NCBI GenBank assembly: GCA_050010515.1
Contig: JBEKKX010000002.1
Span: 37,176 to 101,175, forward strand
DNA from: Candidatus Bathyarchaeia archaeon
GTDB lineage: Archaea > Thermoproteota > Bathyarchaeia > Bathyarchaeales > Bathycorpusculaceae
Direction of reading: 5' to 3'
Length of the DNA stretch: 64,000 nt
The notes beneath the pieces were generated by a model. The model did not search any database, was not told the origin of the DNA, and saw only the letters and a list, made by a program, of their open reading frames with translations. The translations under genes and the position numbers were made by a program. Below are positions 29,581-39,359 of this stretch, in pieces. Each line of letters starts with the position of its first letter. Positions within the stretch are counted from its first letter, which is position 1.

Positions 29581-30927
29581 TTAACGCAGCTTCATCAAAA
29601 CCATTTCTGCTGCTAGAACCATTGGTTCCCAAGTTTCGCATAGCGGCGGCGCATACGCGGTGTCTGCTTTGGCTAGTTCGCGTGCGGTCATGCCTTTCTG
29701 GATGGCGAAGCTGAGGCAGTTTATGCGTTGGGTAACTTCTTCTCCACCTATAACTTGACCACCCACTATGCGTTGGGATTCTTTCTCGACGACGAGTTTG
29801 ATTTTGATGGGTTTGGCGCCCGGGAAGTAATCTGCTTTAGTCTTGCTGGTTATGGCTCCAGTTACTACTTCGATGCGGTTGCGCGCGGCGGCTGTTTCAG
29901 TTAATCCTGTGTTGCCTGCTTCAATCTCGAACAACCGCGTAACAGCCGAAGCCAAAATACCTGTGAACTGCGAGTAATCGCCCCCGGCGTTTGTTCCAGC
30001 AACTTTGCCCTGGCGAACGGCGATGGTGCCCAATTGAGCGCACATGGGTCGATGTGTGATGATGTTTGGTGCTTCGGCGCAATCGCCAACGGCGTAAACG
30101 TCTCTCACGTCTGTTTCCATGCGTGAATTCGTTTTTATAGCACGTGTCTCACCCAAAGGAATTCCTGCGTCAACGGCGAGTTTAGTGTTGGCTCGTACGC
30201 CAAAAGCGCTAACGAAAATGTCTGCTTCGATTTTTTCTCCGCCAGCCATGACCGCGGTAACTTTGTCTTCGCCTAGGAATTCTTCGACGCCTTTGCTGAT
30301 GAGGATACGCATGCCCTTCTCCTCCAAATGCTCCTGAACCAGCTTTGCCATGTCCGCGTCAAGCAACTGAGGCAGAATCTGCGGCAGCATCTCTACGACG
30401 GTGACTTTCAAACCTTTCTCCATCAAGCCAACGCCCACTTCCAAGCCGATTAAGCCGGCACCCATAATAACGGCTGATTTAGCGCCAGCTTTAACTTCCG
30501 CATCAATCTTCTCGCCATCTTCTATACCGCGGAGGCTTAGGATTCCAGGTTTTTCTCTGCCCTTAATCGGGGGAATAAACGAGTCAGCGCCAGTAGCAAT
30601 TACCAAGCTGTCGTATGGCAGAACCTCGGTGGCTCCTGCCTTGTCAACCACAGTGACAGTTTTCTCTTTAGTGTTAATCGCAGTGGCTTTTGTTTCGTTA
30701 CGCAAATTCAACTTTAACATTTGAAAATATGCTGGTGGGTAAACAATCAAATCGTGAAAACTTTGAATTTGCCCGCCAATAACAAAGGGTAAACCGCAAC
30801 GTGAGTAACCAGCATTTTTCTCCTGAGTAATCAACGTGATTTCGGCTGTTCGGTCTTTTTTGCGTGCAGCAGAGGCTGCTTCAACGCCTGCCGCGTTAGC
30901 CCCAATAACAATAATGCGCCTAGTCAT
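29581..30927 (-). CDS. NADH oxidase / CoA-disulfide reductase family flavoprotein
   Basis: GANAAG, YSRCGLP single redox Cys, GAGLIG, VYAVGDCA, YAPP. Confidence 0.9.
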   Translation of the reverse strand: MTRRIIVIGANAAGVEAASAARKKDRTAEITLITQEKNAGYSRCGLPFVIGGQIQSFHDLIVYPPAYFQMLKLNLRNETKATAINTKEKTVTVVDKAGATEVLPYDSLVIATGADSFIPPIKGREKPGILSLRGIEDGEKIDAEVKAGAKSAVIMGAGLIGLEVGVGLMEKGLKVTVVEMLPQILPQLLDADMAKLVQEHLEEKGMRILISKGVEEFLGEDKVTAVMAGGEKIEADIFVSAFGVRANTKLAVDAGIPLGETRAIKTNSRMETDVRDVYAVGDCAEAPNIITHRPMCAQLGTIAVRQGKVAGTNAGGDYSQFTGILASAVTRLFEIEAGNTGLTETAAARNRIEVVTGAITSKTKADYFPGAKPIKIKLVVEKESQRIVGGQVIGGEEVTQRINCLSFAIQKGMTARELAKADTAYAPPLCETWEPMVLAAEMVLMKLR

Positions 30928-30944
30928 CCAACTCTGCCTTCTGC

Positions 30945-31361
30945 CTATTTGGATTGGGCTTGAGCCTTATGCCACTCAACAGCTTTGTTGAAATCCATAA
31001 GGTTAGCGAGCTCAGCCTCTAAGTTTGAAGCTTTAACAACGATTAACCAGCCTTTCACGTACGGGTCCTCGTTTAATGTTTCAGGTTTCGATTGGACTTC
31101 ATCGTTGACTTCCTCTATTGTTCCGCTTACGGCTGCAACCAGGTCTGATACTGCCTTAACAGACTCCAATGTTCCATACGGCTCACCTTGCTTCACTACT
31201 GTTCCAACACTGGGCAATTCAGCGTAAACAATTTCTCTTAGCGACTTCTGCGCGTAGTCAGTTATTCCCATGTGAACTTTTTCTCCTTCAATTTTTATCC
31301 ATTCAAAATCTTTGGAATAATAGAGGCCTTCAGGCACTTCATATGCTCCAACTTTTACCAT
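30945..31361 (-). CDS. gcvH: glycine cleavage H (lipoyl carrier) protein
   Basis: GITDYAQ, ESVKAVSD lipoyl-Lys motif, NEDPY..GW. Confidence 0.95.
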   Translation of the reverse strand: MVKVGAYEVPEGLYYSKDFEWIKIEGEKVHMGITDYAQKSLREIVYAELPSVGTVVKQGEPYGTLESVKAVSDLVAAVSGTIEEVNDEVQSKPETLNEDPYVKGWLIVVKASNLEAELANLMDFNKAVEWHKAQAQSK

Positions 31362-31443
31362 TCACTTCAACCTTCTGAATACTGATAGGTATCCACTTTA
31401 GCTTTCAAGCTTAAAAAAGCTTTCACAAAAGAGAAAGGGGAGT

Positions 31444-32523
31444 TTAGCGTTCCCGTTTGCCCGCTATCCAATCTTCCGTCCATTGCATAGCCTGAGAATC
31501 GGGCACCTGAATCGGCGGATGCTTAAACGCATAAGACGGCATACTTAACAGGGCGCCAGCTATTTTGCGGTCCAACGCTATTTTCGCTGCACGAATCAAA
31601 TCAATAACTACACCTGCGCTGTTTGGGGAATCTTCCACTTCAAGTTTGACGCTGATGTTTATGGGGCGGTCGCCGAACTTGCGTCCTTTGAGTGAGATGT
31701 AGCAGATTTTCTTGTTCTTCAAGAAAGGCACGTAATCTGAGGGACCAATCCTTGTTGGCAACGTGTATGGGACAAGGCTTGTGACGGCTTCGGTTTTGCT
31801 GATGCGTTTTGATTTGAGGCGATTTTCGACGGTCATGTTCTGGAAGTCCGTGTCCCCGCCAAGATTCAGCTGGTAAGTTTCATCAATGATGACGCCGCGG
31901 TCCAAGCAGAGGCGCACAAGGTTCCGGTGCAGTATAGTGGCGCCAACTTGACTTTTAATGTCGTCGCCAAGCACAGGCAAACCAGCCTTCTCAAACTTTA
32001 TGCTTTCTTCAGGATTGGACCCTATGAATTCGGGCATGCAGTTCACAAAGGCGCATCCTGCATCGATGGCTGCTTGAGCGTAGAAACGTGCTGCATCATG
32101 GCTTCCCACAGGCAAATAACATACGAGCACGTGAGCTTTTGCTTCTTTGAGAATTTTAACGACACTTGCCTTATCCGTTTTGCTGTCGTCGTAAACGTTA
32201 AAGGTATCTCGCATATGGGGCGCTACGCCGTCCAAGATTGGTGCTGGAGAAACTTTCACTCCTAGATTTGGCACATCAGCAAATTTTACGCAACAGTTCG
32301 GTTTAGTAAATATGGCTTCAGAGAGGTCTTTGCCAATCTTATCTTTGTTAACTTCAAAGGCAGCAACAAACCGTATATCCCTAATGTGGTAACCACCATA
32401 GTTTACGTGCATTAGCCCAGGTACAGTGGTGTTTTCTTTAGCGTCTTTATAGTATTGGGTTCCCTGAATCAGGGCTGATGCGCTGTTGCCAACGCCTACA
32501 AGTGCTACACGTATTTCAGACAT
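31444..32523 (-). CDS. ino1: myo-inositol-1-phosphate synthase
   Basis: VGVGN, YLPVGS, GDDIKSQVGATI, GPSDY, DSPNSAG. Confidence 0.95.
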   Translation of the reverse strand: MSEIRVALVGVGNSASALIQGTQYYKDAKENTTVPGLMHVNYGGYHIRDIRFVAAFEVNKDKIGKDLSEAIFTKPNCCVKFADVPNLGVKVSPAPILDGVAPHMRDTFNVYDDSKTDKASVVKILKEAKAHVLVCYLPVGSHDAARFYAQAAIDAGCAFVNCMPEFIGSNPEESIKFEKAGLPVLGDDIKSQVGATILHRNLVRLCLDRGVIIDETYQLNLGGDTDFQNMTVENRLKSKRISKTEAVTSLVPYTLPTRIGPSDYVPFLKNKKICYISLKGRKFGDRPINISVKLEVEDSPNSAGVVIDLIRAAKIALDRKIAGALLSMPSYAFKHPPIQVPDSQAMQWTEDWIAGKRER

Positions 32524-32784
32524 GAAACTGTAACCTCCAAACGTTTGTGTTAAGTGAAGGCTTAATGTCCACTACGCTATAACTTTTTCTCATTAAAAAT
32601 CAAAGGAAAGATAAAAGTGGGCTTCCCCAAACCAAAAAAATAAGCCACCAATAACCTTACAAAATTTACCCAGAAATTAAATTATTAAAGTAAACAGTTA
32701 GCGGTGAGTTCAAATTAGAACAGTCGCACAAATAGAGAAAAACGACTAAACACTACCCCACCAGACTATATATTTAGTTGGCGC

Positions 32785-33084
32785 TTATTCTTTGGTTAGC
32801 TCGTCAACTATTTCTGAGATAATTGCTGCACCTAGGATTATTCCAAAGATAACAAGTGCCGCTTTTAAGAAATCTCCAGCGTTGCCTGGTTTAACCTCTT
32901 TCTGAGCAATTGCCTTGAATGTGTTGTAGTTACTAGCAAACCGCTCTGCTTGAAGGCGGTTTTCAAGATTGCCTTGCCCAAATGATTTTAGGACTTTTAT
33001 AGTGCTTTTTCCGCTCACGTTAACATATTCGACAACCTGCAGGTAATTCCTTCCGCCTACGCTAATTACTCTAACCGAAGCCAT
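32785..33084 (-). CDS. small hypothetical protein with C-terminal hydrophobic helix
   Basis: GRNYLQVVEY...GKSTIKVLKSFG N-domain; C-terminal AALVIFGIILGAAII. Confidence 0.7.
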   Translation of the reverse strand: MASVRVISVGGRNYLQVVEYVNVSGKSTIKVLKSFGQGNLENRLQAERFASNYNTFKAIAQKEVKPGNAGDFLKAALVIFGIILGAAIISEIVDELTKE

Positions 33085-33233
33085 CGCAATCCAAACCATA
33101 TTACGTTCGCATGGTTATTTAAATTTAGCCCTAACCATGCAACATTAGTATGATTATATTTAAGCAATCATACTAAAAACCAATAAACTTAAATCAAACG
33201 CTTGCTTGCTACTATTTAGGAGGATCAATAAAA

Positions 33234-33386
33234 ATGGAGATACAAAACAGAAATACAAACGCGGCTCCTGTTGCGAATTTAGTGGATTGGGTTGCCAAGA
33301 ATCCAACCAAAGCTACGGAAGTCGGCATTAGCTTAGTCATAATAGGCGGATTCATTGTACTTCTAGATGCCTTGTTTAAGTCATAA
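33234..33386 (+). CDS. 50-aa single-TM microprotein
   Basis: MEIQNRNTNAAPVANLVDWVAKNPTKATEVGISLVIIGGFIVLLDALFKS*, AGGAGG SD upstream; below the track cut-off. Confidence 0.7.
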   Translation: MEIQNRNTNAAPVANLVDWVAKNPTKATEVGISLVIIGGFIVLLDALFKS

Positions 33387-33567
33387 TCTTACAAGCAGAC
33401 AACTTAGCTAAGGCATTCATGACTTTTTTCTTTAGTGTGTGTGCACCATGTATGTCGACGACGAACAGCCAAAGTTTCTTAAAAGGCTAAAACTCTGCCT
33501 TTTAGAGTATGGCAAGATTAAAAGGGAACCGCCAACACACTAGCTAACCAGTCGAAGTGAAAGGTTA

Positions 33568-33939
33568 ATGAGCAAAACCGAAGTCGCCGTCACATATAGT
33601 CCCTTCAAGCAAATAATTATAATGGAAAAAACTTTTTTTAGCACGCCTGAAGACATGGCAAGATTTACCTCTGTGATTGCAGGCGGCAAACTAGCTGGGT
33701 TATACTGGGTTGATGGTGTTGTCTTCTTGTATTTTCCGCTACCTGCTTCAACAGCCGTAGTGGCTAAAGCCCTGTTAGAGGACGGCAAAGTTTACTGGAC
33801 CTTTGTCGGTTACACGCTTATGCCAAAATATGCGCAGACTATTGAAACTAAAGAAAAAATGATTGTGCCAGTAGTTGACATATCATCTGATCCTATTCTT
33901 AGAAAAGTTGCCCAATGGCTAAAAGAACAAAAACAATAA
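33568..33939 (+). CDS. conserved archaeal hypothetical protein
   Basis: 123-aa ORF, LYWVDGVVFLYFP, co-oriented with ribK. Confidence 0.75.
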   Translation: MSKTEVAVTYSPFKQIIIMEKTFFSTPEDMARFTSVIAGGKLAGLYWVDGVVFLYFPLPASTAVVAKALLEDGKVYWTFVGYTLMPKYAQTIETKEKMIVPVVDISSDPILRKVAQWLKEQKQ

Positions 33940-33960
33940 GCCTGCTTCGAAGGCTGCTTT

Positions 33961-34347
33961 TTGAGTGAAATAGTATTCAAGGGCACAGTTTTTTCTGGTA
34001 ACGGTGAAGGACGAAAGTTTATTGATTTACCATGGGTTAAACAGCAGATACAAGAAAAGCTTGGTTTTACTCCTTACTCTGGAACATTAAATATCCGCCT
34101 TACAAAAGAGAGTGTGAAGCAAAAAAAACTGCTTGAAAACGCTAAACAGCTAGAGGTTTACCCCGCAAAAGGTTACTGCACTGGTAAACTGATCAAAGCA
34201 CACATAGACAGTTTGGAGTGTGCAATTATTATTCCACAGATTCCCAATTATCCGAGCGGCATTGTAGAGGTTATTGCTCCTTGGTATTTACGTGAGCGCC
34301 TCAAGATAACAGACGGCAGCGAAGTAACTGTCACCTTTAACGTGTAG
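33961..34347 (+). CDS. ribK: CTP-dependent riboflavin kinase
   Basis: GTVFSGNGEG, LGFTPYSGTLN, EVIAP..LRERL..DG. Confidence 0.92.
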   Translation: MSEIVFKGTVFSGNGEGRKFIDLPWVKQQIQEKLGFTPYSGTLNIRLTKESVKQKKLLENAKQLEVYPAKGYCTGKLIKAHIDSLECAIIIPQIPNYPSGIVEVIAPWYLRERLKITDGSEVTVTFNV

Positions 34348-35839
34348 GGTTGCATGTTGTTTTCTTAATTTGTGCAATGTATTCCTCTGCGCAATTGTTT
34401 TTTATCAGGTATGCGCCGTAGGTTACCAGGGCTTTCATGGCTCGCGCAGCATCCTCAGGCGAAGTAAAAGAAGGCACACAGAGTCTGTCAAACCTTGAAC
34501 GTGTATAGAGCGCCATTTCTGTTTCGCCAATGTCGCACATCACTATGGGCTTGGTATATTTAGAGGCAATTTTCACAATGCCGTCAATGTATTTCTCTTT
34601 TAATCCTGGCATGTGATGCAGCCCAAGCAGAATTATGCCGTAGATTTGCGGGTCTTGAAACATTAAGTCAGCGGAAATCTCGAACATGTCATCAGTCACT
34701 GAACCAGTGAGGTCAACTGGGTTTGACGTAGCAGCAATCTTCAAAATGACATTTTTGTCTTTGAGTTCTTGGAATTTCTGAAGTGTCTGCTCATCAAAGC
34801 GGTCTACCGTTAGACCTAAAAGTTCACATTCATCAACGGTCATAACGCCAGGTCCACCTGCATCAGTAAGTATGCCAATATTTTTATCCAAAGCCGGCGG
34901 CTGCATAGCTAATGCTTTTCCAAGATCAAAAAATTCCTCCATATCCCTTGCCCTTATGACTCCCCCCTGCTCAAAGGCAGCATCATAAATTTTATCTGAC
35001 CCTGCAATGGCGCCTGTGTGTGAGGCAGCTGCTCTTGCACCCGCAGCGCTTTTGCCAGATTTTATGACTACCACAGGTTTTTTGAGTGTAACTTTCTTGA
35101 CTATTTTTAGGAATTCTCTTCCATCTTTGATATCTTCTAAATAGGCGAGTGTGACTTTGGTTTCTTTATCATGAAGCAAGTAATGGAGTATGTCTGTTTC
35201 GGTTACGTCACATTTATTGCCGAAACTTACGAATTTGCTAACGCCCATCTGACGACCAGTCAAGTAGTCTAAGGCGGCAGAGCCGAAGGCTCCACTTTGA
35301 GTGATCATTGCTATGTTACCTGGCATTGGCCTTGGCGTTGCTACAACTTCCTCTCCGGTTGTGAGAACTTTCGTTTCGGGAAGAAACAGGGTGTCAATAC
35401 CTGTTTTTGAATAGTAAACTCCTAAGCAGTTGGGGCCTAAAACGCGTATTCCGCCTTTTTTAGCTATGGCGACCACCTGTTCTTCTAGTTCTACGTTTCC
35501 AACTTCTTTAAAGCCTGCGCTAATTATGATGGCGGCTACTACTTTTTTGGTGACCGCTTCCTCCATGATGCTGGGTACAACATTCGCGGGGACAATAATT
35601 ACAATTAAATCCACTTCATCAGGAATGTGTGTTATAGAGGGGTAACATTTGAAGCCTAAAATTGAATCTTCATTTGGATTAACAGGATAGAGCTCTCCCT
35701 TGAAGACTCCACGCTCCTTGTTTGTTGAAAAATTTTTGAAAATTACGTGTCCTGCTTTATCAACTTTCTTCGTGGCTCCGATTATTGCAACTGAACGAGG
35801 ATTAAAGAATGTGTCCATTTTCTGTAATGCTTCTTCCAT
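34337..35839 (-). CDS. acdA: ADP-forming acetate/acyl-CoA ligase alpha subunit
   Basis: FFNPRSVAIIGA, GPNCLG, ASHTGAIAG phospho-His, NPVDL. Confidence 0.9.
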   Translation of the reverse strand: MEEALQKMDTFFNPRSVAIIGATKKVDKAGHVIFKNFSTNKERGVFKGELYPVNPNEDSILGFKCYPSITHIPDEVDLIVIIVPANVVPSIMEEAVTKKVVAAIIISAGFKEVGNVELEEQVVAIAKKGGIRVLGPNCLGVYYSKTGIDTLFLPETKVLTTGEEVVATPRPMPGNIAMITQSGAFGSAALDYLTGRQMGVSKFVSFGNKCDVTETDILHYLLHDKETKVTLAYLEDIKDGREFLKIVKKVTLKKPVVVIKSGKSAAGARAAASHTGAIAGSDKIYDAAFEQGGVIRARDMEEFFDLGKALAMQPPALDKNIGILTDAGGPGVMTVDECELLGLTVDRFDEQTLQKFQELKDKNVILKIAATSNPVDLTGSVTDDMFEISADLMFQDPQIYGIILLGLHHMPGLKEKYIDGIVKIASKYTKPIVMCDIGETEMALYTRSRFDRLCVPSFTSPEDAARAMKALVTYGAYLIKNNCAEEYIAQIKKTTCNPTR

Positions 35840-35896
35840 ACCTAATTCACCTGTTCAGCTATTTGCCTTCGAAGTCTTATTTTTATGTGTTACCCC

Positions 35897-36793
35897 TCAA
35901 AAAAGTTCTTTTTTAATTAAATGATTATTTGTTTCTTCTGTATTAACCTTAACTATATTTTTTCTAACAATGACTAATGGTTTATGCCTAATTTTAGACA
36001 GCATTTCCCAGCTTACACCGTTAACTTCCACTTGAAACCTCGCCGCCATATCCCAAACCGTAGCGCCTGAACCGGCTCCTCTGGCTTTGTCGGCTATGTT
36101 AGTAATTTTTAATGCTTCGCTAGCTTGAATATTGCAGCCTGCAACCGTTAATGGAGTTGAACTTTTTTTGAGTTTAAGCATTCTGCCTATGATGTACGTG
36201 GTGTATCCTCCGAAGGAATGTATGCCTTTCATTGGTTTTGGTCTTGGAGTAAAAAAGAAGTTTCTGAACTTGTAGGTTTTATCGGTGTCAGCGATTATTA
36301 CACAAACATTTCTTTTCAATTTAACAAATATCTTCTCCCGAATTTCCTGTGCCACTTCATCTGCGTTGTTCAACGGCAAACTTACATACGAGTAGGGTAA
36401 GTTGGAGCCGTCGATTCCTCCTTCAGAACCAAACATCAGAGCCTGCAAAAAACCCGCATATTGTAGTGCTACTTGCTTATGGCGACTGCCAGACTCCAAC
36501 GGGTACTGCCTTAACCTGCGCAACAATCGTTGTCCAAAATGGCATAATACTCCAAAGCAGTATCCCCAACCAATTCGCATCCAAAAACACGCAATAACCC
36601 TCGCATTTAAACTTGGTTTAACGGCGCTTTCGTCTATTATGTTGCCTTTTGCTGTTGAAATTGCCTTTTCCGAAACGACAACGAAATCTCCGTTTTCAAT
36701 TTTGCCTTCTAAAGCGCTGATTATCTTGTCGGTATAGTTGTCGCCAGGTTTCCAGTAACTGGTCGTTAACGCCAACGCATAATACTTAGTCAT
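35897..36793 (-). CDS. CofE-like gamma-glutamyl ligase family protein
   Basis: VVVSEKAIS, GGIDGSNL, VIIADTD. Confidence 0.75.
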   Translation of the reverse strand: MTKYYALALTTSYWKPGDNYTDKIISALEGKIENGDFVVVSEKAISTAKGNIIDESAVKPSLNARVIACFWMRIGWGYCFGVLCHFGQRLLRRLRQYPLESGSRHKQVALQYAGFLQALMFGSEGGIDGSNLPYSYVSLPLNNADEVAQEIREKIFVKLKRNVCVIIADTDKTYKFRNFFFTPRPKPMKGIHSFGGYTTYIIGRMLKLKKSSTPLTVAGCNIQASEALKITNIADKARGAGSGATVWDMAARFQVEVNGVSWEMLSKIRHKPLVIVRKNIVKVNTEETNNHLIKKELF

Positions 36794-36898
36794 TGATTAG
36801 GCACTTTTACAACTGCACAGTTTCCGTTTTGCTTAATAAAGGCTTAATTTAGTTAGCACCGTGCCCTAAGCAAGAATCACCTTGCGGTGAAATGGGCG

Positions 36899-37954
36899 CT
36901 AAAACAGTGAGTATGGAAAACGCAGGTTGGACTGGTATACTTTGCCTTTTATCGGAATTTGTTGTCCGCACACGGGACACCGCATGTCACTGGTCAGTTT
37001 CCATTGGGTTATTTCGAAACTGTATCTTTTGATTATTGCTTCGTTGCAGTTTGGGCAGTAAGTGTTTTCTGACGGGTGACCGGGAACATTGCCGAGGTAA
37101 ACGTAATTTAATCCTTCGTGTTTAGCAGTCATGTACGCTCTCTCCATGTCCTCGACGCTTGTGGCTGGTATTGTAGTCATTTTATAATCTGGATGAAAAC
37201 GCAGCAGGTGAAACGGCGTATCTTTCCCCAAATAATCTCTAATCCACGCAGCCAACTGCCTTATTTTATCCATTGAATCACCAATTTTGGGAACAACAAG
37301 GTTGGTGATCTCTATGTGGACATCGCTTAGTTTGAGTTCTTTTAGCGCTTCATAAATTGCTTCAACGTGCGGCACTGCGGAAACGGATTTGTAGAAGTCT
37401 GGGTCGCCGCCGCCTTTAAAATCAACCGTTGCCGCATCCAAGAAAGGTGCAATAGTCTTAACGGCTTCAGGAGTCATGTATCCATTCGTGACAAAAGTGT
37501 TAAACAATCCTGCTTCGTGAGCAAGCTTTGCCGTATCATAAGCGTACTCCATGAAAATGGTAGGCTCAGTATAAGTGTAACTTATTCCTTGGCAATTACT
37601 GTTTTGCGCTGACTTCACTACTTCCTCTGGCGGAAAAGGTCTGCCAGCAACTTCGCGGTCTTGGCTTATCATCCAGTTATCGCAGAATTGGCAGCGGAAG
37701 TTGCAGCCCGCCGCCGCGACGGACATCACTAAAGCTCCTGGGTTAAAATGCGACAGCGGCTTTTTACTTATAGGATCAACGCCAGCTGAAACAGCTTTTC
37801 CATAATTAAGCGTGTAAAGAGCGCCACCTTGATTTTTCCTTACTAAACAGAAGCCTGATGCTCCATCGCTTATTAGACAACGGCGGGCACATAAGCAACA
37901 GTTTACTTTGTTTTCATCCCGCTTTTCATAAAGCATAGCTTCATGTAAAGACAT
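36899..37954 (-). CDS. amrS: AmmeMemoRadiSam radical SAM enzyme
   Basis: CNFRCQFC, DPISKKPL, YTYTEP, RFHPDY, TYCPNC. Confidence 0.93.
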   Translation of the reverse strand: MSLHEAMLYEKRDENKVNCCLCARRCLISDGASGFCLVRKNQGGALYTLNYGKAVSAGVDPISKKPLSHFNPGALVMSVAAAGCNFRCQFCDNWMISQDREVAGRPFPPEEVVKSAQNSNCQGISYTYTEPTIFMEYAYDTAKLAHEAGLFNTFVTNGYMTPEAVKTIAPFLDAATVDFKGGGDPDFYKSVSAVPHVEAIYEALKELKLSDVHIEITNLVVPKIGDSMDKIRQLAAWIRDYLGKDTPFHLLRFHPDYKMTTIPATSVEDMERAYMTAKHEGLNYVYLGNVPGHPSENTYCPNCNEAIIKRYSFEITQWKLTSDMRCPVCGQQIPIKGKVYQSNLRFPYSLF

Positions 37955-38022
37955 AATTCTCTCACTTAATCCCTAAGAATAGATAGGGCTTTTTTCTTAA
38001 AAGCATTAACTACAAGAGCTTG

Positions 38023-38369
38023 CTATGAAGTATTGTTAAGGTTTTCTAATATTTTTTGTGTTTGTTTCTTAAGCTGAGGCAGGTCTTTTTTAACCGTCTC
38101 CCAAACTAAAGGCAGGTTCACGCCAAAGTAAGCATGAATCAATTTATCCCGCATTCCAGCGATATTTTTCCAATCCACCTTAGGACTCTTTGCCTTCAGT
38201 TCACCGCTCAAATTCTTGGTTGCCTCGCCGATTATCTCTAGAGCCCCAAGAAAGTGTACTGTTTCTCTCTGTTCCCAAAAAATTCCTCTTCAGATACCTC
38301 TTGCATGAACTTTTCTATATCTGAAATTGCATCCAAAATATGCTTTAGGTGCACCTTATCGTTTTTCAT
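38023..38369 (-). pseudogene. HepT-like (DUF86 HEPN) toxin, frameshifted
   Basis: MKNDKVHLKHILDAI...[10 protein letters not shown] shifts near 38250 into [10 protein letters not shown]...RDKLIHAY. Confidence 0.85.
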
Positions 38370-38685
38370 AAATTACGCGCATCTCTCTCTTCACATCTTC
38401 CACTACATAAGGGTGCAAGCTACTAAAAATTCCGAGATCCACTTTTCTCTCGAAAACTTTACTCAATTCATCTTCCAAACGAACCAAATCCAAGAGAGTT
38501 TTTCTTTTGCCTTTGTCAAACTCAATTGCGATATCAACATCGCTTTTTTTGTTCTGTTCGCCTCTGACAAAAGAGCCAAACACTGCCAAAAAGATGACAT
38601 CGTTCTTCTTGCAAATTTCAGCTAACTTTTCTTCTAAACCCTTTTTTCTTAACACTTCGGGTAACTTTTGAATTTGAATTTCCAT
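38356..38685 (-). CDS. MntA-like minimal nucleotidyltransferase antitoxin
   Basis: FGSFVRGE...SDVDI, KVDL. Confidence 0.9.
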   Translation of the reverse strand: MEIQIQKLPEVLRKKGLEEKLAEICKKNDVIFLAVFGSFVRGEQNKKSDVDIAIEFDKGKRKTLLDLVRLEDELSKVFERKVDLGIFSSLHPYVVEDVKREMRVIYEKR

Positions 38686-38783
38686 GATTCTTATTAAAGT
38701 CCACGAAGACTTTAGCCTTTTCAACTTGAGCTAAACAAAACGCCTTTATAGTTATATAACGACATAGTTATGTGGTGTAACAG

Positions 38784-39020
38784 TTGAGTAAGTATGCCAC
38801 AATTTCCGTTCCAGTTGAAGTTAAAAAACGTCTGGAAGAATTAAAAGGTGAAAAAGAATGGGGCGAGTTCCTCCTCGAGATGTGCTCTGAGGGGCAGCGA
38901 CTTAAAGGTAAGAAAGCCTTCGAGGAGCTCAGACAACTTCTCACCGAAGAGGATCTAAAAGCGATGCGTGAATCTAGCAAGGAATTTAGGGAGAATTTCA
39001 AGTTACGATCAATCTCTTAG
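38784..39020 (+). CDS. vapB: VapB-family antitoxin
   Basis: TISVPVEVKKRLEELKG; upstream of a PIN gene. Confidence 0.8.
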   Translation: MSKYATISVPVEVKKRLEELKGEKEWGEFLLEMCSEGQRLKGKKAFEELRQLLTEEDLKAMRESSKEFRENFKLRSIS

Positions 39021-39358
39021 ATACGGACGTAGTTATCGATAATTTGAAAAGGAACAATTATGCTCCAGCTCTAATTTCTTCGATAACTCTTATGGAAGTA
39101 TTAAGAGGTATAGAGGATAAAAAGAGACTTCAAATAAGGCAGTTGCTGGAAGAAAGTTTTTCGGTTCTAAACTTAGACAACAGCATAATTGAAGCTTATT
39201 GCCGAATTTATCGCAAATTAAAAGAAGAAGGTAACTTGCTACCTGACGCCGACCTTTTAATCGCCGCGACAGCAATAGCACACGACTTAATTCTAGAAAC
39301 CAAAGATGCCCATTTCCTTAGGCTAAAAACTCTTGGTTTAAAGCTCAAAGTAAACTAA
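39005..39358 (+). pseudogene. vapC: VapC PIN toxin with ACG in place of the start codon
   Basis: ACG-ATC-AAT-CTC-TTA-GAT-ACG-GAC = (T)INLLDTD; ITLMEV, DLLIAATA, TKDAHF. Confidence 0.75.
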
Positions 39359-39359
39359 T

